64,000 nucleotides of DNA from a virus (Duplodnaviria > Caudoviricetes). The notes beneath the pieces are model-generated. The model saw only the letters and a list, made by a program, of their open reading frames with translations, was not told the origin of the DNA and searched no databases. Numbering within the stretch: the first letter of the stretch is position 1; each line of letters begins with the position of its first letter. The stretch lies in IMG/VR virus record IMGVR_UViG_3300020814_000535; one strand, written 5' to 3'. This document shows positions 9,901 to 19,330 of this stretch, piece by piece. The translations under genes were made by a program, and so were the position numbers.

Positions 9901-11636
9901 CGTCTTGCAACTACAGGCTCTCCATGGGGATCGTAGCCAAGAACAGTCCCTTTCTCTATCTCCTTGTTTAAATCCCGAGAAGGAACTCGGAGGCCCCAAT
10001 CTGCTTCTCTTGGATTTAAGATCTCTCCTAAACCAAGTAGAGAATCACTAGCAACCTTCATTCTCTCAATTTGCAACTGGCCAAATTGAGCCGCTTTCTC
10101 CCTGGAAATAATACCCGAACCTTCAAGCATTAGTCCTTGCATTTCAGAACCCATGCTCGAGGGAATATACATAGTTCGAACCATCGGGATAGGCGTTGCT
10201 CTCTTTTTGGCCGCCCACCCAAAACGACTTGTTAGGGGGTCTTCTAGGATGGCTGTCTCAGAAGAAATCGTTGGTGTAAACAAATCTCGAATTGCCTGAC
10301 CAGGTCTACGAGCCCAATCAAACTCACTAGAAAACAAAGGATCTAGTTTTCTGACGTCCGTAAGAGAAATAATCCTGTTAGCTATTTGATTAGGAGAATG
10401 TCCAGGAAAAACACTTAATCTCTTTTCTCCTTCAAAAATACCTCGACTCAATAAATCTGAATAATAAAGAGAACTTTCAATCTCTTCTCCAGCGGGTCCA
10501 TACAAGTGGGCAATATGTTTTCTTAAGCCGATATATTCGTCATGCCCCGCATGCAAGTCTTTTGGAAGTCGATCTACCCATTCTAGAGGTTGAGTGATTT
10601 GTTGATGAAAAGCGCGTTCCACTTCGTGAATACGACGTCTGGTTAATTTGTGCTCTTGCATCATTTCGTGAACATGTTGACTCAAAAGAACTTGAGCGGC
10701 CCACTCCTCATATCGAGCATTCTTCTTAAGTAGATATCCTTCCGTAGTCTTCTCTGTTAACCAAAACTCTCCGGCAATGTATTGAGACTGCTGCGTAGCC
10801 CCTTTAACAACCATTTTTTTGTCTTTTCTCAGAGACAAAGGAATAGTAAAGGTCGCCTGTGGGATCTTATATCCCTTTTTACCTTTGAGTTGTTTTCCAA
10901 GATAGGGTGAATCAAAAATCTGGATTCTTAATTCAGATCCAGGAACATCGGGTCTCGCCGTACCCCTTAGACGAACATGCCCCTTCAGAGTTTTCTCAAT
11001 CTCTTGTATAGTCTCTGCTAAACTTCCCCTTCCTTCTAGGCTGGCAAGAGAAATACTTTGGAGTTTTTGTCTTGGCAACTTTGGAAGTTCTGTTGTAACC
11101 AGTCCAAGACCCTGGTCAAGCCTCCCTCTTAAGACATCAACATCTCTCAGGAAGGCAGATACTGTACGCTGCATGTAGATTGAAGAAGAACCTTTTGCAG
11201 TTTGTTCGAGGTCGCGCAGAAGGTCTACAGCGGTTTGGGCCTGCCCATTCATAATCTTTTCGGTCAGTAGACCTGCAAACTTTCCGGTAGGATCGGAATG
11301 TTTAAGAGCCCTAGTAATTGCCGAATCAACATCTTTGAAACTTAATGTCGTCACGCCTCTCTCAACCTCATCAATAAGATTTCTCAGTCCAGTTGCGCTA
11401 AAATCACTAACTCTTCCAGTGGGAATCCCTTTAAAGAGAGTCGAGGTTGCATTCTGGGTTGCTGAATAGGCTTTCTCAAATGGGCTGGGAAGATTAGCCC
11501 TTCCTAGTTCACCAAAGATACTCTTGAAATCAGTATCGACATACCACTTACGCACACCTAGCCCAACAGCTGCGGTTCCGCCAGCAGTGGCTACTACATC
11601 CTTAAAGGAAATATCATCATCTTTCTTGAGAGGCAT
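6990..11636 (-). CDS. putative single-chain two-barrel DNA-dependent RNA polymerase (virion RNAP candidate)
   Basis: Colinear motifs LEGSGIIS, FKVFGDAK, VDALIS...R, GGRGTIEPRL, GRLMGSR, QIGITKDYAEMM, MRHPSIS, MGDYDAD (8226-8240), EQTPISGKH. Confidence 0.75.
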   Translation of the reverse strand: MPLKKDDDISFKDVVATAGGTAAVGLGVRKWYVDTDFKSIFGELGRANLPSPFEKAYSATQNATSTLFKGIPTGRVSDFSATGLRNLIDEVERGVTTLSFKDVDSAITRALKHSDPTGKFAGLLTEKIMNGQAQTAVDLLRDLEQTAKGSSSIYMQRTVSAFLRDVDVLRGRLDQGLGLVTTELPKLPRQKLQSISLASLEGRGSLAETIQEIEKTLKGHVRLRGTARPDVPGSELRIQIFDSPYLGKQLKGKKGYKIPQATFTIPLSLRKDKKMVVKGATQQSQYIAGEFWLTEKTTEGYLLKKNARYEEWAAQVLLSQHVHEMMQEHKLTRRRIHEVERAFHQQITQPLEWVDRLPKDLHAGHDEYIGLRKHIAHLYGPAGEEIESSLYYSDLLSRGIFEGEKRLSVFPGHSPNQIANRIISLTDVRKLDPLFSSEFDWARRPGQAIRDLFTPTISSETAILEDPLTSRFGWAAKKRATPIPMVRTMYIPSSMGSEMQGLMLEGSGIISREKAAQFGQLQIERMKVASDSLLGLGEILNPREADWGLRVPSRDLNKEIEKGTVLGYDPHGEPVVARRNMKLINAIRHQDKNTGDYVQVTGISETGRMERFKVFGDAKAMLTVVETDAMREWIGKRVGGAGLGVDALISMDELRKNRQLHYKQMFTALYDYAKLNMSKSRIGRRRGSGTSWKTYGAPERGITSEFLRNPLATMNQITQVAEASGGLQREQVLSELVRIARASKLSPEQMGRVFGAVPEVFGWKNLESDWLTNLTAARLAKSQNVSFEEALVKAQEALSVPVSRGYWQKTVGLSSQEAAEISRGIPIGIAQFSFAGEYGSGSGGRGTIEPRLFEFLTAPNLGELGRDVHEEIMGRMTYRYPHKAFEASELGKSIESLIKPSGGLGLTPSQLTKDFFQKGGLVNLSGLGDFYVPAADTISQLASYVPPSGEEVIPDLAAKYRGFVDVAEQFERGEINRTAMQAEMHQFAQDITRARMLTGTGGESLMRGRLMGSRFLTAAPPNPGVFLKQNQIGITKDYAEMMLKDMEELYGGLEVGKIKEKLFAEGGSIGGMMMRHPSISPYSAVPVEFKVVEGEGPYAYFGERVTKAYLKNGDALEDLGLLRLSPMMGAMGDYDADIISAMMLSSNLSDEAIKRSRSAEADAYMIRNQLLKAKKAAVSGISIADTEAMAGAAIKLGATKEQIGLISEATQTARAAILENSKALSHQRQMNALGLLEWLEQTPISGKHIKPGEEKNILTLMGNIQQAIGNRDTESLVRNVRQVVGTGTIGARFMDEGGTVALEGLNGLIEKDIPGIGLEQAAQDISGSMTSFHKFNPAYGMSPARFRDIQRGRARNITAEEMSSLLTRSFKGASPLAGAVPPLHTPGTMSEVTQRAMAVKNRLMATGGKLIEHAKPVALGIGAAIGIAALFSSPPKTMGPGDLAPPMPRMKSGSGGQYIGTNIHDPDNYHAMKGSPTAQTPMAGMNRARISPAGTNVQVRGSSPGGINFGMLNSEISVALGGANVNSRVMDDRASLTPQRLSKIMNED

Positions 11637-14600
11637 TAGCCCTCCAATTCTCCTCTGCGATAAAGCCCTCTTATCTCTTCGCTTCTATCTTCTTTAAGCT
11701 GGAGATTAACAGAATGTTTCTTGTCTCCAAAACGAGGAAGTATTGTTACGTCGATTGGTTTTACTCCATGCTTATATAATACTTCAAGAACTCGTTCCCG
11801 CACTTCTTGCTGATTTAGCTTCGGACCTTCTTCCACTTCTTCTGCTGCTGCTTCAAGATAAGGTCTCTGTGCTGCGGCTTTAATGTCGTCTGGCCAAATG
11901 TCGTAATCAAAGTTAGATTCTCCAAGATTTTCTACTATTTTTAACTTCAAATCTTCGAGAGAAACAAGAGGAGAGTTGTGGTAAACCCCTATAAAACTTT
12001 GATAAGAATGCCCGTCAGGAACTTCGAAATCATAGACCTCTCCGTCATAATCTTTGCTAGAAATCTCCTCTACGCGGTATGCAATAAATCCATCACCCAG
12101 TATGGCTCGCGTAGATTTATCAATTGGTTCAGTTGAGTAAATGGTCTTGCGATTGTAGTTCCTCGTAACACAACGGAAAGAAACAGGCTGTCTGCTTGCT
12201 TCCCAAATTAACTTAGCCAAATAGCATAAAGCTTTATTGGTCACCATAAGTCTATCTCTTCCGTCTTTACTGCCGTCTCCATCTAAAAGCCCCCCAAGAA
12301 GAGCCTGTTGCGACTCTCTTGTAATATTGGTTATCCAATATGGAATTTTCTTGGTGTCGCAGCCTCGTCCAATCCAAGTCTCAAATAAAGTTCCCAAAAA
12401 CCCACTGTTGACCTTCAAACAACAACTATTTCCTGTATCTCTGTACCTTTCGTACACAGAAGAAACCAGACCAAACTTTTCTTCAATTACTTTTTTCGCC
12501 AATTCAAGAACAGGCCTTTCCTTAATAGTCATGGTTATCATAACGCCACGTACCCGCTTCCCCGTTGACCACACATTCCCATCTGCCAAAATTAATCCAG
12601 TCAACCACGCAAGTTGCTCGTCAATCTCCATAATCCTCTTTACGGGCCTAATTATTCCCGAATGAGGCCTTACAAAATCCCCGTCTTTCTTAAATAATTT
12701 CTTCAAGTCTTGAGGCAACTCTTCCAGTAAATCAACGACAGGATTCTTCTCTGAACATTTTAGGTATGGTTTAATCAAATAATGGCTTGTGGTCAGGTCT
12801 TTAATAGCAATCCACTCTGGCTTGTAATTTACAAAATGGATATTCTCACAATGAGAGCATTTCCATCTTCCTTCTCTAGCTAGACAGATAGAACTAGGTC
12901 TAACGTCATATGGACACTTCTCTGTCTTAATTGCCAAAACTAAATGATTCCCCGTCGCCTCCATCTTGAACAATTCATCATGTGCAATACGAATGGTATA
13001 AATTTTTTCATTAATCATACGTTTAAATATATCGCTTATTATCCGTATGTCACCATATTTATCATAAATCTTATCTCCAATCTTTATTTCTTCAGCCATC
13101 TTCTCTTCTAGATTTGGAGCCGACATTAATACCTGGTCTGGCGGTAAACAGAATCCTACCCAATCTGGGCCAGGAAGCGGCTTGTCTTCTAATTTCTCTG
13201 GCAGAAGTTTAGTTCTTCTATACCAATCTGCATAAGTTTCGTCTTTAGTCCGAGAGGAGAGATATTCGTTCTTTAATCCTTCGTTTACTGGAAACCCCTC
13301 TGTCTCTTGAAGTTGTTTTAGTTCTTCCGCCGCGATTTCTGCTTTCTTCATCTCTTCTTCGGTTAACAAACCTTTCTTTTGAGCCTCCGTGTAATTGGCG
13401 ACATCTTGCATCTTCCAACGAGCCATCATCAGGGGCTTCTCGTTCTCAGGGATCATCTCAAGAATCTTCTCTCGTTCTTCCGCATCTGCCTTCACAAACT
13501 CTGTGAAATAATCCCTTTCTCGTCTGGGCAATGAACGGTGGATGGTTGCTGGATTCTTCGTAAAAGGATTCATTCCAAAAAGAGTTTCTCGTCTTTGAGC
13601 ATCGTATTTACGCGCCTCCCCCTTGTCTCCCTCGGCCACAGCTTCGTTCTTTAGCTTAGTGAATTTAACATACTTTAGTATATCAAAATACTCTTCAATC
13701 TCTCTTCTTCGTTGGACGTCCGAAGGTATGCCGTCCCATCCCAAAAAGTGAGCCATTGAAGTTAGAAATGGTTTTACGAAGTCACGGATTGGATGTTGCC
13801 AATATCCCGATTGAGTGCCCCATACCTGAGTCTTCTCATAATCTTCTACAGCTGTTCTAGCGTGAACCAGTTTGGAAGCTGGAGAGATAGGAGTCAGATA
13901 CTCAAACGGAGTTTCTGCGTTGTGGCTCAGGGTCTCCCAGTAAGAGCCCAAAAGCTGACCCATCCACCCAGGACCGCCTTCCGCTTTGGCGGCTTCATTT
14001 TCCCGCGCGAGCGCTAACTCGGATTCGTTGTAAATCTTTTCTTTGTAAAGATAAGAGGAAAATTGCTTACGCTGTTTCTTTTCGGCAACCTGTTTGATTG
14101 TTTCGCTAATTCGCTCTTGGTCTTCTGTTGTTAATTGCCCGCGCTTATCCATTGCTCGAGCTTGAACAAGAGCTTGGCGATATTCCCTACTGTAAGGGGC
14201 CAAGTCGCCCAAGATCTTAACGCGATGGGAAACAGGATAATCTTCAGGGCTGACTCCCTTTAATTCAGGATGTATAGTTTCGTAACCAAGACCTGGAACA
14301 CGCTCTTCGCCTCTAGGAACCAAGGTGTAAGGATCGCCCTGTCTAAAATTCTCAGATCGGTCATTTGGTCCAGGCATCCATGAAGGTTGGGTATTGGCTA
14401 AAGGATTATAAAAGTCTTTTGTTTGTTCATTAGGATAGAGGCGTCTAAAGAATTCGGTGTTATGAACTAGCGTTCCTTCAACTACATAGTAATGTTTGTC
14501 ACTGATTGTTAAATCATAAACAGGAGGGCGAATATCTTCGAGTTCTTTTGCCGACCTCACATAGGCAAAAAGCATCCCGTCGTATATAAAGCTTTTCCCA

Positions 14601-17600
14601 CTTAGCCGAGAAGTTTGCTCAGGCAATCTCCTTGATAAAATTGCCTCAATTTGTTTTGTAGCTTTTTTTCCCCAGCTTAAGTAATGTCGTAATGAATTTT
14701 TACGCTTAGTCCCTTGAGGATAGGCTCCTCTCCCGCTTTCTTCATAGGAAGTAACAAGATTCCCAATGACACCAAGGCCAAGCGCTAAATCAAAAACATC
14801 GCGAATTAACTGTTTAGAAACAGAAGTAAACCCAGACTTACTCTTCTCTTTGTTACACCAGCCATCTCCAGAAACAACGCCAGCTAGCAAATGAACGTAT
14901 CTGCTCGGTTCCATTTGCTTCACAAACAACGGTACATGCTTCTTGTGTGCCCCTTGTCCACAAGAAGCACTTAGCCATCTTGCAAATTCAGAACAAGAAG
15001 CCCTAAGAACAATTCCTTCTCCATTATTCTTGCTAATACAAGCATCTACTCCTAATTCTTTTTTCAATATCGAGGCTAAATGTTCGGCAATATCTCTTTC
15101 TTTTTCGGCCATACATAACGAAATTCTCCCATCTTCTGTAAATCCTTCAGCTATAAACCAGCCAATAAAGTAAAGAAGATCATCGGACAATTTAACAAAA
15201 CGATCTACGCGATCAGGAATATATCCCCTTTTTTGAGCAGTCAGGATAACCTTAATCGTTCTTTTTGAGAACCCTTCTCTCTTTAAAGATTTGCGAGAAC
15301 AGACTCCGTTTAAGCCAAACTCGGCGAATTCAGTTGCCTTAGCCATCTCAATATCTTTAATTTGTCTATAAACAAACTTGTCTGTAATAACCCCTCTTCC
15401 ATAAGGAGCCAAATCAACAACATAATCTCCGAAAACAGCTGGTTTCAGTATTGGATAAACAACCATATCCCCTGGACAAATATCTTTAAGCTGAATATCT
15501 TTTAACTTAATTTCATCGCTGTTTCTTATTGGCTTAACATGACCTTGAGAATATCTTTGTCTCTTAAATACAGGAATCCAATGATTTGCCGTCGCTCGTA
15601 TCTTCGAATCGGTTGTAGAAACCTCAAGTTCAATAATCGATTCGCTATATTCAGTTTTCTTTAGGGTATTCTCTACAGAACGAAAAACTCCTCCTTGCGA
15701 CAAAACCCTATCTCCAATACAAATTGTTTCAATAGGCATATAACCTTGCTCGGTATAAACAAGAGTTCCTTCTACAAAGCAGAATCCGACCGGATCTCCA
15801 ATTTCCTTTTCCCAGTAAGCTCTTCCAGGAGAATAGATCTGTCCTGCCGAAGCCAGTTGTTCTTCCTGAGAAAACAGGTCTTGAGTGCCAGTCAAACGTT
15901 CTTTGAAAGAAGCCATCGCAAATCCAGGAAGGCCTACCATCTGGCGTAAACGATAGACTTGCTCTCCAATTACCTGACTAGCGTCATTGGGACCAACAGG
16001 AGCACCTGGTCCAGATTCTCCAAGTCCAGGAAGCGATCTGCGTTCTCCAAAGCGCAAAGATTCTGGAGCGTATTCGCTGCCGCCCGATCCTTCTCTTAGC
16101 CATTCGTCAGAATGCATATAACGAACGGGTTTAACAATTCTTCCTATGGTCGCGCCAAGAAGAGGACCGATAAGAGGAACTTCCTCAAAAGCTGGAGATG
16201 TCTGGGGATAAGGTCGATCCCAATAATGCTCTCGTTCGAGGTTGTAGGTAAAATTCTCTTGTATCCATTTACTTATCGGAGAGGGTTCGTCTTCGCCCCA
16301 AATCGCTTTCTCTCTGGCCTTATTAATCATCCTAGGATACCAATGTTGCTCGTATCTGGTGATACGTTCACCCTGGATCGGCGACCTACCAAACATCCAC
16401 CAACGCCCTTTCCGCACGGGCACTTCTTGTTCACCAGAATAGATTCTCTCTAATTCATCTGGTCTTGTTGAAGGGACTAGAGCGCCAGGAATAAACGGGG
16501 CTATTGCTGCTACACCAAGAAGCAATCCTCCCCACTTAGCCATTCCGCCAAAAGTGGGTTTCTTGATTACGCTAAGTAATCTTCCAAGAACTCCCTTTTC
16601 TTCTTGTCTCGTAGCAATCCACTTAGCGGCTCTACCAACTCTTCCTTCTGTCAGTATATTTACTTCTCTATCTACGATAGCTTTCATTTCAGGAGAGAGC
16701 CCACGAATGATTTGTTCTTGTGGTTCAATCCCTTTTAGCTGCTGAAGAAACATCTGCTCTCTAGCTGTATAGATCAGAGAGGCTTCAGATGCGGAGAAAC
16801 CTTGTGTTTGAAGGGCTATTTGTTTGGCGATTCTCTCTCCATAACCAAGAACAGAACCACCTAAATAACCCATCAGAGGAAAAGCCGCTAGTTTAGTTAG
16901 ACTAGTACTTCCTGGAGCTACTTCCTCTTGTCGTTCTCTAAGGGAGTGAAGCCCCGTTAATTCTGCTGTCCGAGAGAGAAGGACTTGTGATTTTGTCCAT
17001 ATTGTTCCCGCCGCAGCTGTTATTCCCTGGTCAAAAATTGTCTCATCAAAAAGAGAGCTTTCTCTGACCCAGTAATCTAGTTGATCATAGGCTAGCTTAG
17101 CTGCAGGAAGTGCTATCCCGAGTTTTAAAGCTAGCTTCCCAAAAGTCCTGAGTCCACTAGAAGGCTCGACTCCTGGACGGAATCTCCCGAGGCCAGGAAC
17201 CTTCTGAAGGATTGGGAAGAATTCAAAAGGAGCATTAGCTAGTTGGTTAAACCTATCTACTAGGGATGTTCCATAACCAGAAATAAAACGCCTGGCCGCC
17301 TGAAAGCGTGTTTTCCCGCCGGCAAATCCGAATACTTCTTCCGCCTGTTTGCCAGCTGCATCAATAAACGGGATCCGCTGAGTAAAGACATCTTCGATTC
17401 CAGACCAGGGTGCGCCACGGAAAGATCTTGCATAGGCGCTTTGGAATCTAGGAGTTACAGAAAGAGGATTTCTGAGTACCGAAGCGTGCTCAAGGAGTAC
17501 TTTGTCGCCCGTCCTGCCCAGATAAAGTTTTCCGTTCTCGAAACGGAAACCCTCGTTAAGCAACTCGGGGGAAGTAAAGTCGGCACCAGTTAGCTTGGTT

Positions 17601-17971
17601 AGATAATCTAACCATCCCCTGCCAAGATAATTGTCGGAAGACGACAATCCTTGGAGGATCTCGGGGGAAAAATACCTAAACTGTTGAGATGCTGTCTCGA
17701 GCGGAGACAACATATGCGACAATTGAAATGTGCGAAGGATTTTGCCGGGAGAATATTCCTCTACCGCTCTAATGGCCTTTAGATAATAATCCCAACCCCT
17801 TTGATCTCCGATTTTAGTGTAACCGAATAAAGTAAGAGCCCCAAGGCCAAGTCCAGCTACCGCTATGTTAGCGTAGTGTCTTGAATCTGGATAAGGGAGT
17901 GGCTGCTCGCCAGATCGCCAATCATCTACAGGCTGGTTTTGATATAATTCAGGAACGAAGGAAGAAGCCAC
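11636..17971 (-). CDS. large tape-measure-like/ejected virion protein with two inteins
   Basis: 2111 aa (about 1278 aa after splicing); hydrophobic N-terminal segments; follows chaperone-like genes. Confidence 0.6.
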   Translation of the reverse strand: MASSFVPELYQNQPVDDWRSGEQPLPYPDSRHYANIAVAGLGLGALTLFGYTKIGDQRGWDYYLKAIRAVEEYSPGKILRTFQLSHMLSPLETASQQFRYFSPEILQGLSSSDNYLGRGWLDYLTKLTGADFTSPELLNEGFRFENGKLYLGRTGDKVLLEHASVLRNPLSVTPRFQSAYARSFRGAPWSGIEDVFTQRIPFIDAAGKQAEEVFGFAGGKTRFQAARRFISGYGTSLVDRFNQLANAPFEFFPILQKVPGLGRFRPGVEPSSGLRTFGKLALKLGIALPAAKLAYDQLDYWVRESSLFDETIFDQGITAAAGTIWTKSQVLLSRTAELTGLHSLRERQEEVAPGSTSLTKLAAFPLMGYLGGSVLGYGERIAKQIALQTQGFSASEASLIYTAREQMFLQQLKGIEPQEQIIRGLSPEMKAIVDREVNILTEGRVGRAAKWIATRQEEKGVLGRLLSVIKKPTFGGMAKWGGLLLGVAAIAPFIPGALVPSTRPDELERIYSGEQEVPVRKGRWWMFGRSPIQGERITRYEQHWYPRMINKAREKAIWGEDEPSPISKWIQENFTYNLEREHYWDRPYPQTSPAFEEVPLIGPLLGATIGRIVKPVRYMHSDEWLREGSGGSEYAPESLRFGERRSLPGLGESGPGAPVGPNDASQVIGEQVYRLRQMVGLPGFAMASFKERLTGTQDLFSQEEQLASAGQIYSPGRAYWEKEIGDPVGFCFVEGTLVYTEQGYMPIETICIGDRVLSQGGVFRSVENTLKKTEYSESIIELEVSTTDSKIRATANHWIPVFKRQRYSQGHVKPIRNSDEIKLKDIQLKDICPGDMVVYPILKPAVFGDYVVDLAPYGRGVITDKFVYRQIKDIEMAKATEFAEFGLNGVCSRKSLKREGFSKRTIKVILTAQKRGYIPDRVDRFVKLSDDLLYFIGWFIAEGFTEDGRISLCMAEKERDIAEHLASILKKELGVDACISKNNGEGIVLRASCSEFARWLSASCGQGAHKKHVPLFVKQMEPSRYVHLLAGVVSGDGWCNKEKSKSGFTSVSKQLIRDVFDLALGLGVIGNLVTSYEESGRGAYPQGTKRKNSLRHYLSWGKKATKQIEAILSRRLPEQTSRLSGKSFIYDGMLFAYVRSAKELEDIRPPVYDLTISDKHYYVVEGTLVHNTEFFRRLYPNEQTKDFYNPLANTQPSWMPGPNDRSENFRQGDPYTLVPRGEERVPGLGYETIHPELKGVSPEDYPVSHRVKILGDLAPYSREYRQALVQARAMDKRGQLTTEDQERISETIKQVAEKKQRKQFSSYLYKEKIYNESELALARENEAAKAEGGPGWMGQLLGSYWETLSHNAETPFEYLTPISPASKLVHARTAVEDYEKTQVWGTQSGYWQHPIRDFVKPFLTSMAHFLGWDGIPSDVQRRREIEEYFDILKYVKFTKLKNEAVAEGDKGEARKYDAQRRETLFGMNPFTKNPATIHRSLPRRERDYFTEFVKADAEEREKILEMIPENEKPLMMARWKMQDVANYTEAQKKGLLTEEEMKKAEIAAEELKQLQETEGFPVNEGLKNEYLSSRTKDETYADWYRRTKLLPEKLEDKPLPGPDWVGFCLPPDQVLMSAPNLEEKMAEEIKIGDKIYDKYGDIRIISDIFKRMINEKIYTIRIAHDELFKMEATGNHLVLAIKTEKCPYDVRPSSICLAREGRWKCSHCENIHFVNYKPEWIAIKDLTTSHYLIKPYLKCSEKNPVVDLLEELPQDLKKLFKKDGDFVRPHSGIIRPVKRIMEIDEQLAWLTGLILADGNVWSTGKRVRGVMITMTIKERPVLELAKKVIEEKFGLVSSVYERYRDTGNSCCLKVNSGFLGTLFETWIGRGCDTKKIPYWITNITRESQQALLGGLLDGDGSKDGRDRLMVTNKALCYLAKLIWEASRQPVSFRCVTRNYNRKTIYSTEPIDKSTRAILGDGFIAYRVEEISSKDYDGEVYDFEVPDGHSYQSFIGVYHNSPLVSLEDLKLKIVENLGESNFDYDIWPDDIKAAAQRPYLEAAAEEVEEGPKLNQQEVRERVLEVLYKHGVKPIDVTILPRFGDKKHSVNLQLKEDRSEEIRGLYRRGELEG
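11975..13150 (-). mobile_element. intein with LAGLIDADG homing endonuclease (392 aa)
   Basis: VGF|CLPPDQ...TGNH...LTGLILADG...LLGGLLDGDG...VYDFEV...VYHN|S. Confidence 0.92.
14459..15781 (-). mobile_element. intein with LAGLIDADG homing endonuclease (441 aa)
   Basis: VGF|CFVEGT...TANH...FIGWFIAEG...LLAGVVSGDG...VYDLTI...LVHN|T. Confidence 0.92.
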
Positions 17972-18007
17972 AGAACGATTATCTCAGGAGTTTTTACTTC
18001 TTGCCAG
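17972..18007 (-). promoter_or_regulatory. putative promoter for a leaderless mRNA
   Basis: CTGGCA-N18-GATAAT-N6-GTG, no SD. Confidence 0.5.
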
Positions 18008-18887
18008 CTTTGAGTTTCCGACGTCGTTCAAGAGCTTGGATAACATCCTTGTAATGCTCTTGCGCTTCTTCGACCATTTGCTCGCGCTTCTCTCCTAATT
18101 CCCTCATCTCCCAACCACTTCCAACTGCAAATACATCGTGCCCTTCTTCTTTAAAATTAACTCCATGGGTAGGCTTGTACTTCAAAATAGGAGAATCGGG
18201 CTCGTCTGGCTGCTTCTCTTGTGAAATAGGTTCTATCTTCTTTTTCGAAATATCTTGATGACGCTTCAAAGCTTCTTGTCGAGCCTTCTCGAGATCTCTC
18301 TGCTGCATATCCCAAATCTCTTTAGCGTCTAGTTTAGGTCGCTGTGGCTCAGGTTGTTCTTCTTGTCCTGCGGGAATAATCTCAATTGGAGACTGCCTGA
18401 TCCCAAGCTGGATTAATTTTCTTTCCGCAAGAGCCAGAGTGTTGATCATTGTCTGATAATCCATAGCGTAGATCTCTTCTGGTTTATACGGAAAAGCTAT
18501 TGAGATAACCGAGACAAACTCATGGATAATCTGCTGTTTCCCGTCTAGTTCTGCCCGCGCCATATTCAGAGTGTAGTTAACTCCCTCTGCAGACGAAGGA
18601 CATGAAGCTTCCCAGATATTATTGACAACAGTGCTAACAATCCCAGCTTTGAGAGTTGGGAACAAACGGATAAAAGATTTATCTAGAACACATTTCTTGA
18701 AGATCTCGTCTTCGAATGCAGCGAGAGGAATAAGGCCCCTCTCAAAGCCCTCCGCATATTCAAGATAGTCTTTTATCGAGAGAGTTCGCCAGGGGACAAG
18801 AGTATTGTCTGGGAAGAGAGTCGCGTAACTGCCCTTCCCGTACTTCTCGTGGAGAGAGACAACGGCAGGTAAAAGGTTAGAGTTCAA
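17994..18887 (-). CDS. tail assembly chaperone-like protein
   Basis: N-terminal half resembles the neighbour (FEDEIFKKCVL...KAGIVSTV vs YEEAYVRTCML...KAGTISTL); lies between tube genes and the TMP-like gene. Confidence 0.5.
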   Translation of the reverse strand: MNSNLLPAVVSLHEKYGKGSYATLFPDNTLVPWRTLSIKDYLEYAEGFERGLIPLAAFEDEIFKKCVLDKSFIRLFPTLKAGIVSTVVNNIWEASCPSSAEGVNYTLNMARAELDGKQQIIHEFVSVISIAFPYKPEEIYAMDYQTMINTLALAERKLIQLGIRQSPIEIIPAGQEEQPEPQRPKLDAKEIWDMQQRDLEKARQEALKRHQDISKKKIEPISQEKQPDEPDSPILKYKPTHGVNFKEEGHDVFAVGSGWEMRELGEKREQMVEEAQEHYKDVIQALERRRKLKAGKK

Positions 18888-19311
18888 TTACGAGCATAGA
18901 CGCCATTGAGGCTGGCACGAAGTTGCTCTGCTGTTGAATCTGTTCAAACAAAGTTGAAATCGTTCCTGCTTTTCGTGTTGCCCACTGGGAGTCAGAAGCC
19001 CAAAGCATACAGGTTCGAACATAAGCTTCTTCATACTGATAGACCGTTTCGAACTTCTGAGACTGCATGGCAGTCTGAAGTTCTACATACTCCTGCCTCT
19101 GCATTGAACGAAAAATAAAAAGCTCTGTTGCCGAGAAACCAGTTGTAAATACCTGGTCGTACTTGGCCTTCCAAGCTTCTATCTGTTCTACAGTAGGGGC
19201 TCCAGTAAAATTACTGAGAGCGTCCTTTAGCTTCTTGCGCCGCTTCTCTTCTGCTTCCTTTTCTTTTTCCTCTTCAAGACGTTCCTGTTCAGTCTTTTCT
19301 AGTTCTGGCAT
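18877..19311 (-). CDS. tail assembly chaperone-like protein
   Basis: 144 aa, IEAWKAKY...FIFR pattern, position after tube genes. Confidence 0.55.
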   Translation of the reverse strand: MPELEKTEQERLEEEKEKEAEEKRRKKLKDALSNFTGAPTVEQIEAWKAKYDQVFTTGFSATELFIFRSMQRQEYVELQTAMQSQKFETVYQYEEAYVRTCMLWASDSQWATRKAGTISTLFEQIQQQSNFVPASMASMLVIEL

Positions 19312-19330
19312 AAATTTCCTTTGTTAGTTC

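Noticed and set aside
18870-18900. Programmed frameshift joining the two chaperone-like genes
   Set aside because: No XXXYYYZ slippery heptamer at the overlap; the genes look like paralogs with a coupled TTG start
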